Assembly: GCA_965240325.2 (NCBI GenBank)
Contig: OZ251240.1
Location: 310,001 to 374,000, forward strand
DNA length: 64,000 nucleotides
Source of the DNA: Rebecca billardiae RCC1528
Taxonomy: Eukaryota > Protista > Haptophyta
Direction of reading: 5' to 3'
Shown: one piece after another, positions 23,001 to 32,766 of the stretch
How positions within the stretch are numbered: the first letter of the stretch is position 1
How the letters are laid out: every line of letters begins with the position of its first letter
The notes under the pieces: generated by a model
Database searches by the model: none
Seen by the model: only the letters and a program-made list of their open reading frames with translations
What the model was told of the DNA's origin: nothing
Program-made: the position numbers and the translations under genes

Positions 23001-26000
23001 CGCGCCCGCAGGGCTGCGGCTTCGCGCCCGAGCCGCAGCCCTGCGGCCGCAGGCCTGCGGCCGCAGGCCTGCGGTGGCCCAGCAGGCTGCTGCTGCTGCT
23101 CGGGCCAATCGCGCGGCGCGAGGCGATTGGCGCGTCTTCGACGCCCATGCTCGCTCCGAGCCGCACTGCATGCCGCGCCGCCGCCACTCCTCACGGCCGC
23201 GCGCCCACAGGGCTGCGGCTCCGCGACCGAGCCGCAGGGCTGCGACCGCAGGCCTGCGGCCGCAGCCCTGCGGAAGCAGGCTGCTGCTGCTGCTCGGCTC
23301 ACTCGCGCGGCGCGAGGCGATTGGCGCGTCTTCGACGCCCATGCTCGCTCCGAGCCGCACTGCATGCCGCGCCGCCGCCACTCCTCACGGCCGCGCGCCC
23401 ACAGGGCTGCGGCTCCGCGACCGATCCGCAGGGCTGCGGCCGCAGGTCTGCGGCCGCAGCCCTGCGGAAGCAGGCTGATGCTGCTGCTCGGCTCAGTCGC
23501 GCGGCGCGAGGCGAGCGGGCGGGCGGGTGGCCGCGGTGCTGATGGGCGCGTCCTCGACGCCCATGCTCGCTCCGAGCCGCGCTGCACGCCGCGCCGCCGC
23601 CACTCCTCACGGCCGCGCGCCCGCAGGGCTGCGGCTCCGCGCCCGAGCCGCAGCCCTGCGGCCGCAGCCCTGCGGCCGCAGCCCTGCGGCCGCAGGCCTG
23701 CGGTGGCCCAGCAGGCTGCTGCTGCTGCTCGGCCCACTCGCGCGGCGCGAGGCAGTTGGCGCGTCCTCGACGCCCATGCTCGCTCTGAGCCGCACTGCAT
23801 GCCGCGCCGCCGCCACTCCTCACGGCCGCGCGCCCACAGGGCTGCGGCTCCGTGACCGAGCCGCAGGGCTGCGGCCGCAGGCCTGCGGCCGCAGCCCTGC
23901 GGAAGCAGGCTGCTGCTGCTGCTCGGCTCACTCGCGCGGCGCGAGGCGATTGGCGCGTCCTCGACGCCCATGCTCGTTTCGAGCCGCGCTGCACGCCGCG
24001 CCGCCGCCACTCCTCACGGCCGCGCGCCCGCAGGGCTGCGGCTCCGCGCCCGAGCCGCAGCCCTGCGGCCGCAGCCCTGCGGCCGCAGGCCTGCGCTGGC
24101 CCAGCAGGCTGCTGCTGCTGCTCGGCTCAGTCGCGCGGCGAGCGGGCGGGCGGCTGGCGGTGGTGCTGGATGGCGCGTCCTCGACGCCCATGCTCGCTCC
24201 GAGCCGAGCTGCACGCCGCGCCGCCGCCACTCCTCACGGCCGCGCGCCCGCAGGGCTGCGGCTTCGCGCCCGAGCCGCAGCCCTGCGGCGCAGGCCTGCG
24301 GCCGCAGGCCTGCGGAAGCAGGCTGCTGCTGCTGCTCGGCTCAGTCGTGCGGCGCGAGGCGAGCGGGCGGGCGGGTGGCAGCGTTGCAGATTGGCTTGTC
24401 CTCGACGCCCATGCTCGCTCCGAGCCGCGCTGCATGCCGCGCCGCCGCCACTCCTCACGGCCGCGCGCCCGCAGGGCTGCGGCTTCGCGCCCGAGCCGCA
24501 GCCCTGCGGCGCAGGCCTGCGGCCGCAGGCCTGCGGAAGCAGGCTGCTGCTGCTGCTCGGCTCAGTCGCGCGGCGAGCGGGCGGGTGGCTGGCGATGGTG
24601 CTGATTGGCACGTCCTCGCCGCCCATGCTCGCTCCGAGCCGCGCTGCACGCCTCGCCGCCGCCACTCCTCACGGCCGCGCGCCCGCAGGGCTGCGGCTTC
24701 GCGCCCGAGCCGCAGCCCTGCGGCGCAGGCCTGCGGCCGCAGGCCTGCGGAAGCAGGCTGCTGCTGCTGCTCGGCTCAGTCGTGCGGCGCGAGGCGAGCG
24801 GGCAGGCGGGTGGCAGTGGTGCTGATTGGCGCGTCCTCGACGCCCATGCTCGCTCCGAGCCGCGCTGCATGCCGCGCCGCCGCCACTCCTCACGGCCGCG
24901 CGCCCGCAGGGCTGCGGCTCCGCGCCCGAGCCGCAGCCCTGCGGCCGCAGCCCTGCGGCCGCAGCCCTGCGGCCGCAGGCCTGCGGTGGCCCAGCAGGCT
25001 GCTGCTGCTGCTCGGCTCACTCGCGCGGCGCGAGGCGATTAGCGCGTCCTCGACGCCCATGCTCGCTCCGAGCCGCGCTGCACGCCGCGCCGCCGCCACT
25101 CCTCACGGCCGCGCGCCCGCAGGGCTGCGGCTCCGCGCCCGAGCCGCAGCCCTGCGGCCGCAGCCCTGCGGACGCAGGCCTGCGGTGGCCCAGCAGGCTG
25201 CTGCTGCTGCTCGGCTCAGTCGCGCGGCGAGCGTGCGGGCGGCTGGCGGTGGTGCTGGACGGCGCGTCCTCGACGCCCATGCTCGCTCCGAGCCGCGCTG
25301 GACGCCGCGCCGCCGCCACTCCTCACGGCCGCGCGCCCGCAGGGCTGCGGCTCCGCGCCCGAGCCGCAGCCCTGCGGCCGCAGGCCTGCGGTGGCCCAGC
25401 AGGCTGCTGCTGCTGCTCGGTTCACTCGCGCGGCGCGAGGCGATTGGCGCGTCCTCGACGCTTATGCTCGCTCCGAGCCGCACTGCATGCCGCGCCGCCG
25501 CCACTCCTCACGGCCGCGCGCCCACAGGGCTGCGGCTCCGCGCCCGAGCCGCAGCCCTGCGGCCGCAGGCCTGCGGCCGCAGGCCTGCGGTGGCCCAGCA
25601 GGCTGCTGCTGCTGCTCGGCTCAGTCGCGCAGCACGCGGCGAGCGGGCGGGCGGCTGGCAGCGGTGCTGATTGGCGCGTCCTCGACGCCCATGCTCGCTC
25701 CGAGCCGCGCTGCATGCCTCGCCGCTGCCACTCCTCACGGCCGCGCGCCCGCAGGGCTGCGGCTCCGCGCAAGAGCCGCAGCCCTGCGGCCGCAGCCCTG
25801 CGGCCGCAGCCCTGCAGCCGCAGGCCTGCGGTGGCCCAGCAGGCTGCTGCTGCTGCTCGGCCCACTCGCGCGGCGCGAGGCGATTGGCGCGTCCTCGACG
25901 CCCATGCTCGCTTCGAGCCGCGCTGCACGCCGCGCCGCCGCCACTCCTCACGGCCGCGCGCCCGCAGGGCTGCGGCTTCGCGCCCGAGCCGCAGCCCTGC

Positions 26001-29000
26001 GGCGCAGGCCTGCGGCCGCAGGCCTGCGGAAGCAGGCTGCTGCTGCTGCTCGGCTCAGTCGTGCGGCGCGAGGCGAGCGGGCGGGCGGGTGGCAGCGTTG
26101 CAGATTGGCTTGTCCTCGACGCCCATGCTCGCTCCGAGCCGCGCTGCATGCCGCGCCGCCGCCACTCCTCACGGCCGCGCGCCCGCAGGGCTGCGGCTTC
26201 GCGCCCGAGCCGCAGCCCTGCGGCGCAGGCCTGCGGCCGCAGGCCTGCGGAAGCAGGCTGCTGCTGCTGCTCGGCTCAGTCGCGCGGCGAGCGGGCGGGT
26301 GGCTGGCGATGGTGCTGATTGGCACGTCCTCGCCGCCCATGCTCGCTCCGAGCCGCGCTGCACGCCTCGCCGCCGCCACTCCTCACGGCCGCGCGCCCGC
26401 AGGGCTGCGGCTTCGCGCCCGAGCCGCAGGCCTGCGGCCGCAGCCCTGCGGCCGCAGGCCTGCGGTGGCCCAGCAGGCTGCTGCTGCTGCTCGGCTCAGT
26501 CGCGCGGCGAGCGGGCGGGTGGCTGGCGATGGTGCTGATTGGCACGTCCTCGCCGCCCATGCTCGCTCCGAGCCGCGCTGCACGCCTCGCCGCCGCCACT
26601 CCTCACGGCCGCGCGCCCGCAGGGCTGCGGCTTCGCGCCCGAGCCGCAGCCCTGCGGCGCAGGCCTGCGGCCGCAGGCCTGCGGAAGCAGGCTGCTGCTG
26701 CTGCTCGGCTCAGTCGTGCGGCGCGAGGCGAGCGGGCAGGCGGGTGGCAGTGGTGCTGATTGGCGCGTCCTCGACGCCCATGCTCGCTCCGAGCCGCGCT
26801 GCATGCCGCGCCGCCGCCACTCCTCACGGCCGCGCGCCCGCAGGGCTGCGGCTCCGCGCCCGAGCCGCAGCCCTGCGGCCGCAGCCCTGCGGCCGCAGCC
26901 CTGCGGCCGCAGGCCTGCGGTGGCCCAGCAGGCTGCTGCTGCTGCTCGGCTCACTCGCGCGGCGCGAGGCGATTAGCGCGTCCTCGACGCCCATGCTCGC
27001 TCCGAGCCGCGCTGCACGCCGCGCCGCCGCCACTCCTCACGGCCGCGCGCCCGCAGGGCTGCGGCTCCGCGCCCGAGCCGCAGCCCTGCGGCCGCAGCCC
27101 TGCGGACGCAGGCCTGCGGTGGCCCAGCAGGCTGCTGCTGCTGCTCGGCTCAGTCGCGCGGCGAGCGTGCGGGCGGCTGGCGGTGGTGCTGGACGGCGCG
27201 TCCTCGACGCCCATGCTCGCTCCGAGCCGCGCTGGACGCCGCGCCGCCGCCACTCCTCACGGCCGCGCGCCCGCAGGGCTGCGGCTCCGCGCCCGAGCCG
27301 CAGCCCTGCGGCCGCAGGCCTGCGGTGGCCCAGCAGGCTGCTGCTGCTGCTCGGTTCACTCGCGCGGCGCGAGGCGATTGGCGCGTCCTCGACGCTTATG
27401 CTCGCTCCGAGCCGCACTGCATGCCGCGCCGCCGCCACTCCTCACGGCCGCGCGCCCACAGGGCTGCGGCTCCGCGCCCGAGCCGCAGCCCTGCGGCCGC
27501 AGGCCTGCGGCCGCAGGCCTGCGGTGGCCCAGCAGGCTGCTGCTGCTGCTCGGCTCAGTCGCGCAGCACGCGGCGAGCGGGCGGGCGGCTGGCAGCGGTG
27601 CTGATTGGCGCGTCCTCGACGCCCATGCTCGCTCCGAGCCGCGCTGCATGCCTCGCCGCTGCCACTCCTCACGGCCGCGCGCCCGCAGGGCTGCGGCTCC
27701 GCGCAAGAGCCGCAGCCCTGCGGCCGCAGCCCTGCGGCCGCAGCCCTGCAGCCGCAGGCCTGCGGTGGCCCAGCAGGCTGCTGCTGCTGCTCGGCCCACT
27801 CGCGCGGCGCGAGGCGATTGGCGCGTCCTCGACGCCCATGCTCGCTTCGAGCCGCGCTGCACGCCGCGCCGCCGCCACTCCTCACGGCCGCGCGCCCGCA
27901 GGGCTGCGGCTTCGCGCCCGAGCCGCAGCCCTGCGGCGCAGGCCTGCGGCCGCAGGCCTGCGGAAGCAGGCTGCTGCTGCTGCTCGGCTCAGTCGTGCGG
28001 CGCGAGGCGAGCGGGCGGGCGGGTGGCAGCGTTGCAGATTGGCTTGTCCTCGACGCCCATGCTCGCTCCGAGCCGCGCTGCATGCCGCGCCGCCGCCACT
28101 CCTCACGGCCGCGCGCCCGCAGGGCTGCGGCTTCGCGCCCGAGCCGCAGCCCTGCGGCGCAGGCCTGCGGCCGCAGGCCTGCGGAAGCAGGCTGCTGCTG
28201 CTGCTCGGCTCAGTCGCGCGGCGAGCGGGCGGGTGGCTGGCGATGGTGCTGATTGGCACGTCCTCGCCGCCCATGCTCGCTCCGAGCCGCGCTGCACGCC
28301 TCGCCGCCGCCACTCCTCACGGCCGCGCGCCCGCAGGGCTGCGGCTTCGCGCCCGAGCCGCAGGCCTGCGGCCGCAGCCCTGCGGCCGCAGGCCTGCGGT
28401 GGCCCAGCAGGCTGCTGCTGCTGCTCGGCTCAGTCGTGCAGCGCGCGGCGAGCGGGCGGGCGGGTGGCAGCGGTGCTGATTGGCGCGTCCTCGCCGCCCA
28501 TGCTTGCTCCGAGCCGCGCTGCATGCCTCGCCGCCGCCACTCCTCACGGCCGCGCGCCCGCAGGGCTGCGGCTTCGCGCCCGAGCCGCAGCCCTGCGGCC
28601 GCAGGCCTGCGGTGGCCCAGCAGGCTGCTGCTGCTGCTCGGCTCAGTCGCGCGGCGTGAGGCGAGCGGGCAGGCGGGTGGCCAGTGCTGATTGGCACGTC
28701 CTCGCCGCCCATGCTCGCTCCGAGCCGCGCTGCATGCCTCGCCGCCGCCACTCCTCACGGCCGCGCGCCCGCAGGGCTGCGGCTTCGCGCCCGAGCCGCA
28801 GCCCTGCGGCCGCAGCCCTGCGGCCGCAGGCCTGCGGTGGCCCAGCAGGCTGCTGCTGCTGCTCGGCTCAGTCGCGCGGCGCGAGGCGAGCGGGCAAGCA
28901 GGTGGCCGGTGCTGATTGGCACGTCCTCGCCGCCCATGCTCGCTCCGAGCCGCGCTGCATGCCTCGCCGCCGCCACTCCTCACGGCCGCGCGCCCGCAGG

Positions 29001-30266
29001 GCTGCGGCTTCGCGCCCGAGCCGCAGCCCTGCAGCCGCAGCCCTGCGGCCGCAGGCCTGCGGTGGCCCAGCAGGCTGCTGCTGCTGCTCGGCTCAGTCGC
29101 GCGGCGCGAGGCGAGCGTTCAGGCGGGTGGCCGGTGCTGATTGGCACGTCCTCGACGCCCATGCTCGCTCCGAGCCGCGCTGCACGCCGCGCCGCCGCCA
29201 CTCCTCATGGCCGCGCGCCCGCAGGGCTGCGGCTTCGCGCCCGTGCCGCAGCCCTGCGGCCGCAGGCCTGCGGTGGCCCAGCAGGCTGCTGCTGCTGCTC
29301 GGCTCAGGCGCGCGGCGCGAGGCGAGCGGGCAAGCAGGTGGCCGGTGCTGATTGGCGCGTCCTCGCCGCCCATGCTCGCTCCGAGCCGCGCTGCACGCCG
29401 CGCCGCCTCCACTCCTCACGGCCGCGCGCCCGCAGGGCTGCGGCTTCGCGCCCGAGCCGCAGCCCTGCGGCCGCAGGCCTGCGGTGGCCCAGCAGGCTGC
29501 TGCTGCTGCTCGGCTCAGTCGCGTTGCGCGAGGCGAGCGTTCAGGCGGGTGGCCGGTGCTGATTGGCACGTCCTCGACGCCCATGCTCGCTCCGAGCCGC
29601 GCTGCATGTCCCGCCGCCGCCACTCCTCACGGCCGCGCGCCCGCAGGGCTGCGGCTCCGCGCCCGAGCCGCAGCCCTGCGGCCGCAGGCCTGCGGCCGCA
29701 GGCCCTGCGGCTGCAGGCCTGCGGTGGCCCAGCAGGCTGCTGCTGCTGCTCGGCTCAGTCGCGCAGCACGCGGCGAGCGGGAGCGCCTGTGGCGTCGGTA
29801 CTGGGTGGCACGTCGTCGCCGCCCATGCTCGCTCTGCGCCGTGCTGTATGCCGCGCCGCCGCTACTCCTCACGGCCGCGCGCCCGCAGGGGGCTGGCAGG
29901 GCTGCGGCTTCGCGCCCGAGCCGCAGCCCTGCGGCCGCAGGCCTGCGGCCGCAGGCCCTGCGGCTGCAGGCCTGCGGTGGCCCAGCAGGCTGCTGCTGCT
30001 GCTCGGCTCAGTCGCGCAGCACGCGGCGAGCGGGAGCGCCTGTGGCGTCGGTACTGGGTGGCACGTCGTCGCCGCCCATGCTCGCTCTGAGCCGTGCTGT
30101 ATGCCGCGCCGCCGCTACTCCTCACGGCCGCGCGCCCGCAGGGGGCTGGCAGGGCTGCGGCTTCGCGCCCGAGCCGCAGCCCTGCGGCCGCAGGCCTGCG
30201 GTGGCCCAGCAGGCTGCTGCTGCTGCTCGGCTTAGTCGCGCGGCGCGAGGTGAGCGGGCGGGCGGG
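20031..30266. repeat. GC-rich satellite array, right block, more diverged toward its edge
   Basis: Same monomer, resuming in register after the MULE TSD. Variant monomers increase from ~28.4 kb, and two strongly diverged 245-bp units lie at ~29.63-30.12 kb. Confidence 0.97.
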
Positions 30267-30634
30267 TTGTGTCGTTACTAGCAGTCGTGCTCTCACTGCT
30301 TTTCTGGTTGGCGGCCATCGCTGTTACTGTACAGTATTGAATCTTTGACTGTACCGAGTAACGTATCTCGCCTGCCTAAGATGTGTGCGTCTCTACTGTA
30401 TTGCTTTCGCACACAGCTTACCGGCGGTAGCAGGCGGACGTGCCACGTCCGTCCAACCCAGCGAGACCTCCATTCGCCCGCCCTCCACTTTCTGGCCCAC
30501 CCGCTCTTGGAGGGAGTGCACTCCACGCGCACGCGCCTGGCTCGCAGTCTCTATTGGCGACAGTGACACGTGTCGACGTCTATACCACTTCACGCGCCAC
30601 ACGCTGTTGCCGTTCGCCTCGATCTGCGTGCTCC

Positions 30635-32575
30635 ATGAGCTCCCTGCCGGATGAGTGCACACCTGCCAGGCCTCAGGCGCGCCGGGGGCATGCCAAAGCT
30701 GGATGGCGCCGTCCCAAGGGCGGCACGCACGACCCGCGCTTGCGCGCGAATCGGATCGCCAACGAAGAGCGCCTACGCGCTGGCATGCTCCTCTACCGTG
30801 CTCGCATGGAGTCGCAATCATCCGAGCTGGACGCGAGTGTCCGCTTGACGCTGGCGGGTGCGCCCGCGCTCGCGTTTGGTCGGCAGCACACGGAGGAGGA
30901 CGCGATGGCGCACAGCATCGGTGCAGGTCGCAGCCACCCGCAACGTCTCCCTGAGCATGTTTCTGAGCCGTTGGCACCTTGGTCCAGAGCTATCCGAACG
31001 ACGGCCGCCACTGCGCTCCCACCGCCGGCGCAGCCACCGACGACACGCGTGCACGCGCTCTCGAATCAGATGGCAGCCGAAGCGCTCCCGTTCGTGCCCC
31101 CGCTGAGGCTGGCGGAGGCGTGCCGCGTATGCCGGAGGGCTGCGCTACCGTCGAACGTCGTCGTGCGCACATGCCTTGCTTGCAGGCTGCCAACCTGCTC
31201 TGCATGCTGCCGCATCCCTGCGTCCACGGTGGGGGAGCAGTCAGCTCGCGCCGTGCTGGAGGAGGAGCCACTCTGTGACGCGTGCTTCACGGCTTGGCAA
31301 GGCGCAGGGCGTCTTCAGTACTCCGCCGCTGCCGAGCCCCTGCCGCGCGCGCGCTCCATCCGTGTGCACGAGCTGTACGCCGGCTCGCTCTCGCTGACTG
31401 TGCTCTTCCACGCGCTGTGGAAGCGCGGCCAGACGATCCCTGTCGTCTGTGCGCATGCGAGTGAGCAGTCGCAGTACTGCCGCGAGCTGCTCTGGCCGGC
31501 GATGGCGAAGCTGGGGGGCTATCGGCATGGGGAGGTCTCGCGACCACTTGTGGTCTCCAGCGACGCGCACGGCTGCCCTGCCCAGCGCAGATGGCGCGTC
31601 GGAGACGGCGCCGAGGTGCTTGTCGGCGGGAACCCGTGCGTGCACCATTCGAGAGCAAACACCGGCCGCAGGCCGCCGCCGGATGACCCGGCCGCGTGCC
31701 TCGACGCGCAGGCGGTCATGCGCGAGGCGAGCTCGAAGTGCGTGCTCATCATCGAGAATGTCTCGTGCTACTTCTCGGACCCGCGCTGGCTGTCGGCTGT
31801 CGCCGAGCTGTGCGGCAACGGCTGGGTGTGCCTCACCGGCAGCCTCGGATCCGGGGCGGGTGGGGCGGACGCACTCAGCGTGCCGCGCGACACGGCGGGT
31901 GTGGAGGCGCGCACGCGCCACATCTTCATCGCGGTGCGGCGGGGGGTGCTTCCGCGCAAGCGCATGCACGCCGACGCTGCGCGCACCGCGTTCGCCGAGG
32001 AGGTCCAGATCATGTGCGCCGCCGCGCGCAAGCAGCCGCCGCGCGACGCGATCCTGTGCGAGGACGCGGACTCGCTCGTCGCGGATGGCATCGTGGATGC
32101 TGCGGGCAAGCGCGAGCTGACCAAAGCGCTGACGGTCAAGCAGCAGGCCTACGTCGATGCCGCGCGCGAGGCTTACCCTGAGCGCGCGGGCGATCTCATC
32201 GTCGAGATCAGCATGAGCGCGCAGCACTCGACAGGAGCACTGCGCGCCAACGAGGAGCTGTGCACGATCCGCACGGAGAATCAGTACTACTCGACGCGGC
32301 TGTGCCGGCGGCTGTCCTGGCTTGAGATCGCGCGCGCGCACGAGCTGCCGCCTGTCATCATCCGCGCTGCTGCCATCGAGGCTGCCAAGAGCGCGGTGCT
32401 GCGCGGGGCGGGCGCGCTCCCGAAGGGCGTCACGCCCTCGGACGCGACGATGCACACTGCAGCCGCGTGTCGGCGAATGGTGGGCAACAGCTTCCACTCG
32501 CGCATCATGCTCGTGTACGTCAGCGCGCTCGTGCGCTACCTTCCGCACCTCTTCGCACAGATGCCCCCGCCCTGA
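30635..32575 (+). CDS. C5 cytosine DNA methyltransferase-like protein with N-terminal Cys8 (FYVE/PHD/ADD-like) zinc finger, intronless
   Basis: C5-MTase motifs in canonical order: I VHELYAGSLS, II HASE, IV VGGNPCVHHS, VI IIENV, VIII EARTRHIFIAVR, IX RRLSWLEIARAH, X RRMVGNSF. Finger C-x2-C-x13-C-x2-C-x4-C-x2-C-x22-C-x2-C at 31121-31285. Start uncertain (ATGs at 30635, 30785, 30905, 31070). Confidence 0.85.
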   Translation: MSSLPDECTPARPQARRGHAKAGWRRPKGGTHDPRLRANRIANEERLRAGMLLYRARMESQSSELDASVRLTLAGAPALAFGRQHTEEDAMAHSIGAGRSHPQRLPEHVSEPLAPWSRAIRTTAATALPPPAQPPTTRVHALSNQMAAEALPFVPPLRLAEACRVCRRAALPSNVVVRTCLACRLPTCSACCRIPASTVGEQSARAVLEEEPLCDACFTAWQGAGRLQYSAAAEPLPRARSIRVHELYAGSLSLTVLFHALWKRGQTIPVVCAHASEQSQYCRELLWPAMAKLGGYRHGEVSRPLVVSSDAHGCPAQRRWRVGDGAEVLVGGNPCVHHSRANTGRRPPPDDPAACLDAQAVMREASSKCVLIIENVSCYFSDPRWLSAVAELCGNGWVCLTGSLGSGAGGADALSVPRDTAGVEARTRHIFIAVRRGVLPRKRMHADAARTAFAEEVQIMCAAARKQPPRDAILCEDADSLVADGIVDAAGKRELTKALTVKQQAYVDAAREAYPERAGDLIVEISMSAQHSTGALRANEELCTIRTENQYYSTRLCRRLSWLEIARAHELPPVIIRAAAIEAAKSAVLRGAGALPKGVTPSDATMHTAAACRRMVGNSFHSRIMLVYVSALVRYLPHLFAQMPPP

Positions 32576-32766
32576 CAATATGTAAGACCGCGTTCCGCGA
32601 CTCAGGTTAGTATAGCAGCATCATATCAGATATATCGTCATCATCGTCATCATCGTCTCTACTGACTGTACTCTCGGTCTCTTGTCTAGTTGTCTCGATC
32701 GATCGATCTCTTGATGATGTCTAGCAGAGTCTATTATTATATTATTATATTTATAATTATATATAT

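Noticed and set aside
1-30266. Very long ORFs (up to 1949 aa) in the satellite
   Set aside because: They are open in several frames on both strands, shift frame with monomer length, and reflect stop-codon scarcity in very high-GC repeats.
1-30266. CRISPR-like array
   Set aside because: There are no unique spacers or cas genes, and the context is eukaryotic.
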